Part shown: positions 35,490 through 49,310 of the stretch, piece by piece
Position numbering within the stretch: the first letter of the stretch is position 1
Layout: each line of letters begins with the position of its first letter
DNA from: Camelus ferus
Taxonomy: Eukaryota
Direction of reading: 5' to 3'
Length of the DNA: 64,000 nucleotides
Assembly: GCF_009834535.1 (NCBI RefSeq)
Contig: NC_045696.1
Coordinates: forward strand, 113,710,001-113,774,000
The notes under the pieces: model-generated
Told to the model about the DNA's origin: nothing
Databases searched by the model: none
What the model saw: the letters and a program-made list of their open reading frames with translations, nothing else
Position numbers and translations under genes: made by a program

Positions 35490-38400
35490 CTTTTTTTTCC
35501 AGTTTCATTGAGAAATAATCGACATATATTAATGTGTAAATTTAAGGTGTACAGCATGATGGTTTGATCTACATATATTATGAAATGATGGCCACACTAG
35601 GTTCAACCAACATCCATCTTGTCATATAAATCCTACATATAAGTGACACCATACAGTGTTTGCCTTTCTCTGACTTACTTCGCTTAACATAATGCCTTCA
35701 GGGTTCATCTGTGTTGTCACAAATGGTAGGATTTCCTCATTTTTTATGGCTAAATAATGTTCCATGGTATCTATATACCACAACTTCTTCTTTATCCATT
35801 CATCCAACTATTACTGTATTACTGTTTATTTCTTCTTTTAGCTCTGTTATATTTTTTGTGGTATTTATATGTATATATATATGTATTTAAGTCCTCCAAC
35901 AATGGGCACAAAATTATTATAATTGTTATATCTTCTTGATGTATTGATGCCTTTATCATTATATAATGACCATGTCTCTTTTTACCATTTTTGTTTAAAG
36001 TCTATTTTGTCTGATATAAGTATAGCTACCCCTGCTTTTTTCTTTTTTGGTTACCATTTGCTTGAAATACCTCTTTCCATACCTTTACTCTCAGTCTATG
36101 TCTGTCTTTAAGGCTAACGTGAGTCTCTTGCAGGAAGCATTTTGTTGGATCTTGTGGGTTTTTTTTTCTTTTTAATCCATTCGGCCTTTCTATGTCTCTT
36201 GATTGGAGAATTTAATTCATTTACAGGTAAAGTAATTACTAATAGAGAAGGACTTACTGTTGCCATTTTGTTGTTTTCTGGTTATTCTGTAGATTCATTG
36301 TTTTTTGTTTCTTATCTTGCTGTTTAATTTGTGTGTGTGTGTGTGTGTGTGTGTTTTGATGTGCATCAGTATGCTTTGACTTCTTTATCGTATTCTTTTG
36401 TGTAATTACTGTAAGATCTTTCCTTGTAGTTGTTATGAGGCTTACATAAAATATCTTAAAATTGTAACACTCTGTTTCAAACTGATAACAAAGTCAACAG
36501 AATTCATGTACTCTACACTTTAACTTCTTCTTCCTTTCACATTTTAGGTTATTGCTATGACTATTCACATTAAAAAATTATTGTGTAGCTAATAAAAAAT
36601 TGTTGTATTTATTTTTGCTACTTAAAAAAAAACTTTTAAACTAGATTTGTAAGTTACACACCACTATTTCCATATTGCAGAATCTAACTATGACCATATA
36701 TTTACTATTATCACTAAGGTTTACACTACTTTTTTTGTGTGTTTTAAGGTGTTAATTAGAGTTCTTTTACTTCCACTCATGACCTCCCTTTAGCATTTCT
36801 TGTAAGGCAGGTCTGATGGCAATGAACTCCCTCAGCTTTTGTTTGTTTGGGAAAGTCTCTCTCCTCCCTTCATTTCTGAAGGACAGTTTGACCAGGTATA
36901 GAATTCTTGATTAACAGTTATTTTTCTTTCAATATTTTGACTATGTTATCCCATTCTCTCTTAGCTTGAAAAGTTTCTGTTGAGAAATCCACCCATAATG
37001 GTCTTATGGGGTTGCCTTGTGTGTAACTTTCTATCTTTTCTCTTACTGCTCTTGAAATTCTTTGCCTTTGACTTTTGACAATTTATAATGTGTTGCAGTG
37101 TAGACCTATTTGGATTCAACCTATGTGCGGTTATTTGGGCCTCATGGATCTGGATGTCTGTTTCTTTCCCAAGGTTTGGGAAATTTTCAGCCATTATTGC
37201 TTTAAACATACTTTCTGTCCCTTTCTCTTCCCCTCTTCTCTTTCTGGAATTACTATAACACAAATATTGTTTCTTTTCACTGTGTCTCATAATTTCCATA
37301 GGCTTTTTTCACTCATTTTCATTCTGTTTTTTTGCTCCTATGCATGGGTAATTTCCAATGTCCTATCCTCTGATTCTTTCTTCTGCATGGCTGAGTCTAT
37401 TTTGAAACTCTATTTTTCTTAGTTACTGTATTTTTCAACTCTAGGATTTCTGTTTGCTTTTTTTTTTTCCCAATGGTTGCTATTTCCTTGTCAAACTTCA
37501 TTTTGTTCATGCATTGTCTTCCTAATTTCATTAAGTTTAGTTTTGTTTTTAGTAGTTCACTAAACTTCCTTAAAAGGATTTTTCTGAATTCTTTGTCTCA
37601 CAGCTCACAGACCTCCATTTCTTTAGGTTCAGTTACTGGAGCTTTATTACTTTCCTTGGGTGGTACTGTATTTACCTGACATTTTGTGGTCCATCCTTCC
37701 TTACGTTTGTGTCTGTGCACTTGAGTAACTGGGACCTCTTCCAGACTTTTCATAGGTTTGCTTTGGCAAACCTTTGGCAGAGAAAGTTCCTCACCAGTCA
37801 GCTCCTTTCGGGCTTCTGGGTGTGCCTGACGGCAGTGTCTTTCGGTAGGTGGAACTTGCTATTATGGTCCATTTTTGGGCAAGGCAACTGCTCACGCTCT
37901 GGGGTTGAGGGTGTGCGCCACTGGCTGAGAACAGTTGGATACAATTGCTGACTTGGTTCCCTACTCAAGGGAGGCAGTAGGATGGGCTCCGCAGTTGCCC
38001 GGATTCTCTGGTCAGGCTGACTGGAGGTTCAGGACGGGGTACTATATTCAGTAGTGGGTGGGGCAATGACTTAGCCTCCTACCCTGAAAGGGTGGCAGGC
38101 CAGGGCCAACGGCCTGTATAGCCTGCTATGTGGGGGCCTGAATCAGGCCTGAGTGTGCAGTGAATTCCCTGGCCAGATAAGCCCTCTGATTTTGCTCTGC
38201 AGGTGGGCTAAGCCCCGGGCTGTGCTCTTCGTGGAAGGGACAGCCTGCACAGGGCTGTTGGAGGCCATGCAGCCTCCCATGTGCTCTGGTTAGGTTCCCT
38301 GGTCGGTCAGGCTGAAAGCTGCATGCAGAGATGAGCAGGGCTGCAACGTGGATTCCCTGCCCGGGCGCAGCGAGAGAAGCAACTCTAAAACTGATAAAGC

Positions 38401-39538
38401 TCTTTGTTGTCTTAACTCGAGCCAACCTTCACCCCAAGCTCCCTGGCTGAGCAGGGCCACTGGCTTCGCTCTGCAAACTATTGGCTCTGTCTGCCCGCCT
38501 CCCTCTTAGCTTGAGTGCCACTGGGCTGCACCGCTTTTAGGTGATTTCCTCTGCCCTACTGGTCAGGCGGGGTCAGAAGTCCCTTCCCACAGTGGGTGGG
38601 GCTGTATCTCAGCTCTTTCAAATCTGGGGAGGATGGGAAGGGGTCCCTCCAGGCTACTCTCAATTTCCCAAACAGGCTTTCTCATGGGGTGGGGTCAGGA
38701 GCTACGCTCAGCCTTGGCTATGAGATAACCCCCCTGCCTGAGTGTAGCAGGCCTGGTTCTGGCTCTGCTCTGGGGATATCATTCTGCCCGACCACCTCTT
38801 GGCCTGAGCACCACAGGGCTGCACAGTCCCCAGGGGTGGTCACCAGCCTATCTGCTCAGAGGGGGCTGGAAGGTACTCTCTACAGCCGGTGGGGCTGGGA
38901 CTAAGCTGTTTGCCTGCATGTGGCCAAACAGGGCTGGCAAAGTTTTAGGGTGAGCAAAACTCGTTTAAAGATCCGAGTCAGGCAGATCTGACCGTGCCAC
39001 GTTCCCTGGTCAGAGTGCACCCCTGACTGGATTCTGCAGCTGAGCAAAGCTGCTGCTCGGGGTTACTACTCGGGCCTGCAGGTCTGAACTTAGCCTGCCA
39101 AGATTCGGGAGCCGGTTGTTGCCAGCCCCTCCCCCATCTCCATCACAGTCAGATTCCCAGGGGTTGAGCCCACAGATTCCCCTGCAGTCGCTGTGTGGTG
39201 AGAGTGGAGCTGGGCCTCCCACAGAGTGACTGACCGTGCTGGGGAGGCTGCTTGTCCCCCCCGGCTCTCCTTTCCCGCTGGAGGAACCCAGGATCAGGGG
39301 TGACCTGTCTGCGTGGTGCTGCGCTGTTCGGGGAGGGGCTGTGTGGTCAGCGTGTACTGATTCTCTCACCTTTCAGTGTGTCTGTCTTGGTCTCTGGGGT
39401 TCAGGAGTGTTTTAGCCTCACCCCACGTTCCAGGACTCTCTCAGCTGTGTCTTGCTCTTGAAGAGTGGTTAATTGTTCTTCTTGTAAGGGGAGGGCAGTC
39501 AGGAAGGACCTACGTCACCATCTTGGTGACGTGACCCC
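35490..39538 (-). mobile_element. TSD-bounded L1 with 5' UTR, ORF1 remnant, ORF2 endonuclease N-terminus and 3' end; reverse-transcriptase region deleted
   Basis: TSD tgctttga(c/t)tttt at 35482 and 39539, followed by AA. 5' end ggggtcacgtcaccaagatgg (YY1-like). ORF1-like MFKAIMAENFPNLGKETDIQIHEAQ (36961-37299). ORF2 start ATG at 36266 (MATVSPSLLVITLPVNELNSPIKRHRKAEWIK). The EN motif TVIVG is fused to C-terminal DEWIKK at ~35805. Confidence 0.9.
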
Positions 39539-41505
39539 TGCTTTGATTTTAAATCCTATTACTTGGGAGCTGTTTGTCCACCTAAAGGATGGGAGTGCAA
39601 CCATCGGAGACCCCGGTGGGGCCGTCCTCGTCTGTTTGTCTGGAGTTCCACGCTGGAGACTGAACAGACCACAGAGCACGTCATCACCCTGCGCGTAGGG
39701 AACCTCAGCACAGGCAGGCGGTCCCCGGCGAGCGCGGTCTCTCTGCTCCTCTGCACTGTCCCTGTGCCACAGATTAAATGGGAGAATTTCTCTTGGTGTT
39801 TCTCAGCGTGTCCAGTAGCACCAACTGTAAAGCATCTGCTCCTTTTCTGTTGCAGAGCATGACAGAATTTCTCAGAAGGTCTAAATTTATTATAAACCAG
39901 GATGTGACTGTCATCTTGAACTCTGACTTCCCAACTAATTTTTTTAAAAGAGGGACGAGAGGACAATGTTGTGTGGGAGGAGGGGATGATATGAGTAGGA
40001 TCAGGGGGCACACCAGCCCTCCAAGATGCAGGGGTTACTGGGTAAGGTTTTTCTACAACCAGAACTGGAAACCGTGATGCTGGGTGTTCTGGAGTGGCTG
40101 GGGTTGCCCCGACTTGGACTATGCAGACATATAAATGGATCATAAGAGAGACAAGCTATCACATTATCTCCTGCATTTTCCTGTGTGGGTCTCATATGTG
40201 AGAGATTTTTGAAATTCAGGAATTTCTCTTTAAAAAAAAATCCTCTCAAAAGGCATATTATGCTTAAGACTACTCATTAGTAGTCAGTAACATGCCTCAG
40301 AGAAAGGCATACATACCTGTAGTCACGTTTCAAGATGTAAAGAGAGACTGCAGCTGGTTTAAATCTCTCATTGGCCCCTAGAAGCAGGGACTGAGTGAAG
40401 ATGTCGGGGTGTGAAAGCCAGAGAGAGCAGAATACACAGGACTTCCTGCGGCTGTGGAGGGCACATCTCTTCTAAAAGGATCTCTGTACATCAAATAAAA
40501 CCCTATTCCTCAAGTAAAACATTTCTGCGAGCCACACCGGCCCTGTGTAATGCCTGCGCCCTTTGGCTGAAATTGAGTCCTGGTCCAAAAGCTCGTACCA
40601 GTCCTGGTTTGTCCCAGACTGACATGTGACTTTCTGTTTTAAAACGGGGGGTGCCCCACCCCAGCAGGGGTAAGCGGGTCACCCTGCTGCACGTCACCAG
40701 TGCTCATGGCGGAAACGTGAGAGTGGAGGAGGAACGTTCCAGGCCCAGCGGGAGCACGGAGGAGGCAAAGGCACATCCACGGGAAGTCCCCCGAGGCCGC
40801 TGTCAAATCCAAGAGTTCCCACATCTGATGGAGCTTAAAGTGCTGTGGTTCAGCAGACAACCCGGCCTGCTGTAGGTCTCCTCTGAGAACAACGACAGAC
40901 CTACTTTAGGATATGGGACATGCCCGTGTGGCTGGAGGCCCACCCCGCACCCCCAAAAGCCTGGTACAGAAGGGACACTTTGATAGGTTACAAAGCTACT
41001 TTGAAATAAAATACATGGGTGGGCCAGGATCCTCTGTTAGGGCTCCTTTGTACAATTTCAACTGTTTTTAGTATTAACTCTGAACACAGCTCTTTTTAAA
41101 GCACAGATTATTACAGAGACATGAAAAACTGCCAAGTGTGATAAGAGTTAACAGCCCCATTATTGCAGCACAGAGATGCAGAGTCATTCAAGGTCTCCCA
41201 AGTGACGTCACCCCACGGCTGGACCAATCATAAGGCGGCAGCTTATAGACTGGAAGTGCTGTTTGATCTCCCACCTAATACCAGGTCTGCACCTCCTTCG
41301 ATATTTTCCCCAATTTATTGAAGATGGCAAACCCCCCAGCACCTAAAACTTGTACAGCCCATTGACTCTAAGACTGAATTATACCAATTAATTTTCATAG
41401 TGTGGTCATATGTGGTTTTTTAATTGATGGCAAGGGTCCGGTGTCACACGCTTGGGTGGGAGTCTCACTATAGTACCCTGTTTGCTGGGCATGACGGAGG
41501 GCCAC

Positions 41506-41852
41506 TGTCTTAGTCTGTTCAGGCTGCTGTATGAGCCACATGCTGGGTGGCTTATCAACAATGCAAACTTATTTCTCCCAGATCTGGAGGCTGGAAGTCC
41601 AAGCTCAGACACGAAGGTGGTTGGGTTCTGGTGCAGGCCCTCTTCCTGGCTGTAGACTGCAGCTTCTCACTGTGTCCTCACGTGATGGAAGGGAGCTCTG
41701 GGGTTTCTTGTATAAAACCACTGATCCCAGCCACGAGGGCTCTGCCCTTGTCACCCAGTCACCTCCCAAAGGCCCGCCTCATCATGCCATCACCTTGGGG
41801 ATTAGGTTTCAATACACAAATTTGGGGGAACATAAATGTTCAGACTGTGACA
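41506..41852 (-). mobile_element. MLT1A-like solo LTR
   Basis: tgtcttagtctgttcaggctgct...gttcagactgtgaca with a perfect 5-bp TSD GCCAC (41501-41505, 41853-41857). Confidence 0.9.
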
Positions 41853-43287
41853 GCCACCTTCACCCTACAGGGCTAGGCTCAGGTCTTATAAGGTAACATA
41901 CGGCCTGGTGTACAGTAAATTCCGAGTAAATATTTCCTTTCTTCATAATTCCCAAACCAGTATTCCAGGATAAACTTCTAGGTTTATTCTCTCATCTTGG
42001 AATAAGAAGAAAAGATCGAGGAAAAAAAAATGGCAACAAAGTGCAATCCATTTTAGAAAACTTTCCTGAATAAATGCTTTAAATTAGTAAAGTTTTAAGC
42101 AGAAAAAAAAAGAGAAAACTTTGATTACCTCTGCATTTGCTATCTTCAATGGACTCTTGTAGAGGAACAAATGAACAATGTTCTATTTATTTGCAGTTTG
42201 ATGACAAATTGAAGCCACAACCTTCTAAATTATTTAAGATCAATAAATATCATTTCGAACTACTTTCTCAATGACCAATGGCCCTGCTTCAGTCAAAGAT
42301 CTGCTAACATTTTTATTTAACAAAGCTACAAGATACCACAACTAGCAAACATCGGTTTGGAAAGTTAAATAATATTAGGGTACAAAGTCAATGTTACTCC
42401 CATAATGATTAGCAAAGTTATTTAGCTTTCTGAGTGCCAAACTACTCCCAAATCTTATTTTACAAACATTATTGAAAACTTATTAGAACTGTATTGCCTG
42501 CTGTGATTACAGATTTCAAGTAAAATTCCCATGTTATCTGGAATCTAGACTTAACAGGCTCAACTAAGAGTTTGTTGGTCTCTCTGGAGTGTCTCCAGCT
42601 TTCCCAGTTTGAAGGTGGGGGGTACATTTGTTTGTCATTAAGTACTTGGAGTTCATAACATAAGGAAAGAAGTTTTATAGACTCTTCATATCAAATTGAC
42701 ATAAAACCTGAAAATGGCTCATGGAATAGCAAACATGGATTTGTGATAGGATTTCCTACTAGAATTGTTATAATCTTAGGCTCCCAAATAACACAGATTT
42801 TAAAATGATCTGAAGTACAACCAGATATGAGATGTAGATGAAATATATTGGATATATCATTTAAAATGTGTGTCCAATGGAGTTGACATTTTAAAAGAAG
42901 AAAGGCAAACTGAATTTAAATATTGTCTATAAAAGTCAGTATTAATATCCCGAGTCTGGTTGAATCAGTCAAAAGCAAAAAAAAAAAAAAAAAAAAAAAA
43001 AAGTTTAATAAAATTTCAAATAAAATGGTTCAATGTTTTTAGAGTTCAATTTTTTTAATCTAAGGTATTAAAGTAAACATAAAAACCCTTGTGGTGAGAA
43101 AGTCTGTAGGGAATAAAATATTCTGGGTAGTTTTCAAAAAATTAATCTTGTATTATATTAATTATGTTTATATTATTTTAAGGAAAGACATTTATTTATT
43201 TATTTATTTGCTTATTTTTAAGGAAAGAGATGTTAAACACACAGTAATCTGACTTTTTCCCCCCAGTCTATGGTGGTCTGTAACGGG

Positions 43288-43435
43288 CAGTGGAAGACTA
43301 CAACTTACTGGCTAAATCTGGCTATTGACTGCTGTGTTAATAAAGTTTTCTTGGAACACAGCTGTACTCATTCATATGTATTGTCTGTGGTTACTCTGGC
43401 TACAACTACAGAATTGAGTAGTTGGAACCGAGGCC
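43288..43435 (+). mobile_element. MER58-like hAT/Charlie fragment
   Basis: aataaagttttcttggaacacagc...tcattcatatgtattgtctgtgg...gaattgagtagttg matches recalled MER58A. Confidence 0.7.
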
Positions 43436-44424
43436 ATCCAGTGTTGTGGTATGCTGGAACGTGTTTCCAAATAAAATGAATGGTAAAATTGTTATTTAAA
43501 AAAAATCCATAGGTACTTGAGTTTAAAAGTAACATTTTCAATATTAAGACATATTTTCTTTAGGATTTCTTTTTAACCATTAAAACCCAACAAAAGCTGC
43601 ACCTTCTAAATCAGATATTTAAAACGTTTCAGATAAAGATACTAAAATTTCAATCAGAAATATTTAGAGGTAAATGACTTACATTTGTAAATCCTATTAT
43701 TGATCAGGAAAGATGGTCCTTAAACTAGACCAAGCTGTATGGTGGGCTTGTAACTGTAATTAGCGGAAGCAGGAGTTTCCAACATGCCTTGTAACACAAA
43801 GAACCTTGAATATCAATCAGCATGTCAGTGTGGTTTTCAAGCTGCACCACACACGAGTTTCCTCTGCCTCCTTAGCTGCATCCCTAAAATAGCTGAAGGT
43901 CAAAGTCAGACAGACATACCCTTGTCACTGACTGTGCTAGCCGTGATTAACACAAGTGGAGTTTACTTCTTCCACTAAAATTATGGAGAAAAAACACCCC
44001 CAAACTCAAGGGCAATCATTAGAACAATCTTAAGAGAAAAAAAAGGAGAGAAATAAATTAAAAAGGAACCTAACACCACGATCACCTCAGACTTCACTTT
44101 CACCAGAAGCCGGTTTTTGGAGTCACACATTTTTAACTGTTGCCTAAAGACAGTTGTAACAGGAAAGATGTCCATGAGAAAGTGCCATCCAGCCAAGATG
44201 TAAAACCACAGGGATCTGAAACAACCATCAGATCATCAGGCTATTGACAGCTGGGGAAATTCCACATGTTAAGCAACTTGACTGTGAAGAAATATTCGAG
44301 GTTTGAGAAATACACTCAGAAATACAAGAAAAATACACTCAAATCTGTAATTGAATTAAACAAGCCTCGTACGTAGGGCTCAGCCGGCGACTAGGATGCA
44401 AAGCAAACGCTGGGTTACCAGAAG

Positions 44425-45109
44425 TGCATTTATCAGCCACAGTGATTTATTGAGTGCTTTAATAATACAAGTGTACATCAACTGATCCACAGTCAAAAGT
44501 GGCAGGTCCCTAAGAAATTTACAAGCACTTTAAGTAAATCAAAATACATATTATTTTGTTCAATAGTCTTCTGCCTGGGGACAGAAGGCTAGTGATAAAC
44601 AGAGTCTCAGTAATGCACAGTGATTCTGATTGAAGCTTTTTTACAAAAACTTGTTCCCAGTGGCATGCACCCACCAATAAAGACTTCAGTACAAAAAAAT
44701 TAACCCTAAGCACTACATTTAAGTAGAAACGAGATATAACTCTGAATCTGTGTTTTCCCGAAGATCACATAAAAGGAAAAAAAAAAATCAAAATAAAACG
44801 ACCCCAAAAAACCAAAAAACCAAAAACAAAACCACACGGTAATACAAAGCTTTGTAAGAAAGCTCTTATTACGACAGATCCAACATTGTTTGCACTGAAA
44901 ACGAAAGTTCCCAGCCACGCTGAGGTGGGAAAAAAGAAAAAAAAAACCCCAAATCTTTCAAGTTAATAGAAATTAAAAAGGGAACTAAACGCGAAGGGAT
45001 GGGGAGGGAGAACAAAGGAACAGGGTGGGGGGCATGACATTCCATCACAAAACGGTTCAAAGTGTAATAAAAATAAGACCACCAGAGCCGAGGTGCGGGG
45101 ACACCGACC
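44425..45109 (-). other. UBE2E2: 3' UTR of UBE2E2 (to the proximal poly(A) site, end approximate)
   Basis: Follows the TAG stop. Contains blocks I recognise from the mammalian UBE2E2 UTR (AACTTGAAAGATTTGGG; TTTCAGTGCAAACAATGTTGG; AAGAGCTTTCTTACAAAGCTTTGTATTAC). Confidence 0.75.
44446..44477 (-). terminator. Polyadenylation signal cluster
   Basis: On the minus strand: two TGTA (CFIm) motifs (44474-44477, 44466-44469), ATTAAA (44458-44463) and AATAAA (44446-44451). Confidence 0.75.
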
Positions 45110-45235
<126 letters not shown>

Positions 45236-47418
45236 TCAACACCAGCACCCTTTCCTCTTCCAAGTCGGGGAAGAGAGGAGCGTCTGGTTCAAGGAGTGTG
45301 CAGAGAGACGAGGTGATGCGCTCGGACCTGGAACCGCGTCACCTTAGCATCGACCTGCGCCTCAGACCACATCTCACCCCCCGCAGCCCAAAGGGCATCT
45401 GCCTGTGCTTTTACTGATATCTCCTGTCCTATTTCCTGACCAGCTGACTCCCTGTCCCCACAGTACTCCCCCCGCCCCCGCCTCCCCTTGTCTTCAAGCA
45501 GACCTTCATTTGACCGAGAAAATGCAGGTGGGCGGTGGGGGAAGGGGGACGCCTTGATTCGGGTTATTCCCGGGCAGTGGCCGACCTAAGCTGAACAGCC
45601 CAGCAGCAGCCGTCGGTGAGACCCAGTGACACCGGGCGAGAGGCCGCTCCTGTCTCTAAATTTGAGGACATCAAAATCCACGAAGCTCTCTGTTAAAGAA
45701 AAACTGATAGATGTTAGCAAGCGCTGACTTTCCGCGTCCGGAAACTTTAACACATTGGAGGGGGCTGTCCCAGCTGAGCGAGGGATGAACAGGCTCCGAC
45801 ATGGGGGCTTCCTGGGACAGGGCTCCCCCCAGATGGAAACAACCAAAGCAATTTTAAAAAATGTAATTTAGGTTTCTGAAGATCCCAGAATCCACCCGTT
45901 TCTCTCCATTCTCTAATTTCACTTCATCCTTGAGTTTTAGTTCCTGTATTTTTGGTGTTGAGAATTCAGCTGCATTAGAGAAAGTGGGTAAGAAGGAACC
46001 AAAAGGGAAAAGGGGAAAAAATTAGCAAAAGCTAATGTTAAATATGAAAAAGATACGTAAAGGCCATGGAAGTGCGCCTGAGGTCTACCACCACCCCGTA
46101 CCTCGGGAAGACTCTGAGACTCTAGGAAGACCCAGGAGCATGCTCTCAGTAATCAAGGAATAAAAGAAACATTGCCTTTTAATGACCTGATGAGGCTGAT
46201 GGTAACAAGGCCTTTCAAAGTCCTCCCAAGACTCTGCTGAAGTTTGAACAAACCTTGCGTAAGTTTTCCTGCACCTGTCCTAACTTGCTATAATTATTCT
46301 AGGGAGAGACCAGTTTCTTATATTCACTATACACCACAATGAATAGACTCCCCAGTACATAGGTTTGTTCAGAACGTCTGCCTCTCTGCCTGCTCTTTGT
46401 GATCTTGTCCTTCCCTTGCCCAAATGGTGAAACTAGCACTTGAGCCAACCCGGCCAGGGTTCAAGATGATCAAAACCAGCAGTACCAAAGGCAGACACAA
46501 AACACCTGGGAATTGGCAAGATTCTTTAAAAAAAATTGTGGTCTTTCAGTTCAGACTAAGTAATGACCTTATTAGAGTCTAAAAAGAGCCAAAGAGAGAT
46601 CTGAGTCACATTTTTTTCTGCCTTTGAAGAAGAAAACCACCTTGTTCCAGTTTCTGGAATGCAAAGCCTTGGGCGGAACTTAGGCACCCTCAGTAGAGCG
46701 TACGTCCGTGTCACTCCAGACAAGCTGTCTGATCAAGTACACTCTTCACCAGTGACACGCACCAACGATTCATCGGTACTTCCTAACTGACTGGTCTAGG
46801 TAAAGGACAGGCTTAAGGATGACCGCCAATTTTAATGTTCTACCTCAAACCCATCCTCATGGAGAATGGGTATACTGAGGAGAAGAGTCTGCTGTTTCAG
46901 CTCAAAGGAGGGGGAGCGGGACAGATGAAGGACAAGGAGCAACAGGCGTGGGATGGGGAAGGTGTTAATAGCATTTCAGCAGGTACGGAAGGGGGAAAAG
47001 TTCAAAAACAGGTGAGAGTGCTGATTTAATGTGCACCATGCAGAAATTTTTTATATGCTTAAATAATTAACAGTAAACTTCTTTCAGAGTTCCTTGTACC
47101 TTTTCAAGTTTAATTTTAAACAGAAAAATATTTTTCCATCTGCAAAATTATACATGCTATATATAAAAATGATAATTAATAATTTAGGAAGTCACCTTAC
47201 ACAACACACAAGACAGAAAGTTGTAACTGAAAACCGTCTGCAGATTCACTGAGAGTCAGTCACACTGTTAACATTTTGACTTACATCTTCCTAGACTTCT
47301 TTTCTAAACATACAATTAAAAAAAAGATAACAGCCTGCTTTTGTAATCTTTAAAAAAACTCACTATATGGTGAATAACTTTTTATATCAATAGTTACAGA
47401 CCTACTTCATCATTTTTA

Positions 47419-47547
47419 TTTTTTTTTAATTGAAGTATAGTTGACTTATACTACGTTAGTTTCAGGTGTACAACATAGTAACTCAATATTTTTTATAGAT
47501 TATACTCCATACAAAGTTATTATAAAACACTGACTATATTCTCTGTG
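47419..47547 (-). mobile_element. Short young L1 3' tail nested in an older L1ME-like relic
   Basis: TSD catcattttta at 47408-47418 and 47548-47558. Confidence 0.8.
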
Positions 47548-49094
47548 CATCATTTTTAATATTATTCTGAATTAATAACCAGTTTCCTGTTTAGAGACAT
47601 TTGGATTCTTTCCAATTTTTTTGCTTTATAAATAATGCTGTGAAGAACATTATTATGCTTGCATTTTTGTAAATTTATGCAAATCTTAAATTTAAAGTAT
47701 AAATGAAGTAATAAAAGTGTAAAATGAAGGAATTTAAAAATCATGTGTTATCAAAGTTTTAAATGCTAAAATGTTTTGCTGAATAGAAGAAAGTTAAGAC
47801 CCCAAGTTAACTGAATCGAAACTATGCAATAAAAGTGCATCCAGTGACTACTACAGTGAATTAGGGGGAATAAGACACTTTTTTTTTTGTAGTATATTTA
47901 TAATAATGACCTGAAGTAAGGTTGAATCTCATTACAAGGCTTCATGTTTCATGGATACAGGTATGTCAGGGATGAAATAACAATGTCCAACAAATTATTC
48001 AACCTGATTTTCTCGAACAATTTTTCTAAAATAGAAGGAAAATTTTCCCATCATTTTGGTTTCTAGGTTGTTACTACTCCCCAAGTCTTTACCAGTCTTT
48101 GAGATATCATCTATCAGCCTTCCTCCTCTGCTAAAGAAAAACCACGAGGTTCATCGGTGAATAAGTAAATTGAAATCGAAGTCTCCTGCATTTTCTGCCT
48201 TTGTTCAGCAATTATTTGAATTTTTGAAAAGAGGTGCATGTTGATACTTTGCTCTTCTCACAGCACAGGGTTCGCTGATTATGAATATTTGATCCTTGCA
48301 GTTAGCAGTGTGGCACCTATTAGAGGGTCCCTGAGGCAGACGTACAGGATTTACAGTGTGGTCAATGGAAAATCATGGGGTGGGAGGTGGGTACACAACG
48401 CCTTCTATCAACTAGACCTCTAAGCCACAGCGCCACATCTGCTTATAAGAATCATGCCACCATTTGTTGACACAATACTAGTGATGAAACGTAGCCTGGA
48501 TGAGAACCCGGGATGGAAAAATCACCGATCGTGGCCTACACACCTTCTTTTCCCTTCATTTCTACTTCCCTGTCTCACCTCCACCTCCCAACCCGGCCCC
48601 GGGCACCTGAGGAGGTGCTGTTCAGTAAATGATGGTGGTGGACTGAACGACCATCAGGATTATTTGCAGGTGAGTGCAAGGTGACCTTACTGAGTGCTCT
48701 GTCTCCTCTCCCCTGTTGTGGAGATTAGTGGCATAGGCACCACTGATTCAGAAGAGAAAGGCTCAGGCAACCCCTGCCACCCTGTCTCAAGCCTCGCCTC
48801 TCCTGGCTGGGGCTATGCTGGCAACACTGGAAGCCAAGAGAGTTCCTAGCCTGTCCAGAAAAGGAGGGACACAGGGATCAAGACTAACGGGGCCAAGGAG
48901 CAGCTGCAGGGTTAGAGGGAGCGGGGAAGCTGAGCTGCCCAAGTGATTCTATTTAGAAGCCAAAGAACATTCTATCTTGGTAGGTGGCATGGAAGAAATC
49001 ACATGGAAAAAAATTTTTTTGACTCCCTTTTCTCAAGAAAACATATATGTTCTTAAAGAGACACAAGCAAAAACAGTGTAAGATAGGAAAGAGG

Positions 49095-49310
49095 TGGGGT
49101 CCAGACTGCCTGCCTTTGTTCCACCGATAACCGCGTCATGCTAGGCAAAGGATTTAACCTTTGCCTCAGTTCCCTCAACTGCAAAATGGAGACAAAAACA
49201 GTGACCTGCCCCATAGCTGTTACAAGAAGTAAATGAACTGATTATTGTAAGGCACATACAAAATTTTTTATCACTTGCAAAATGAAGGCAGGCACATGAA
49301 TATTCACGGG
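49095..49310 (+). mobile_element. MIR SINE
   Basis: taggcaaaggatttaacctttgcctcagttccctcaactgcaaaatggaga...cctgccccatagctgtt. Confidence 0.75.

Noticed and set aside
42698..42715. gacataaaacctgaaaat encodes DIKPEN, like a kinase catalytic loop
   Set aside because: No preceding HR, no DFG downstream and an early stop; chance match.
43174..43228. Direct repeat tatttt(t)aaggaaaga around (TTTA)n
   Set aside because: Geometry does not fit an L1-type TSD with poly(A); probably a local duplication.
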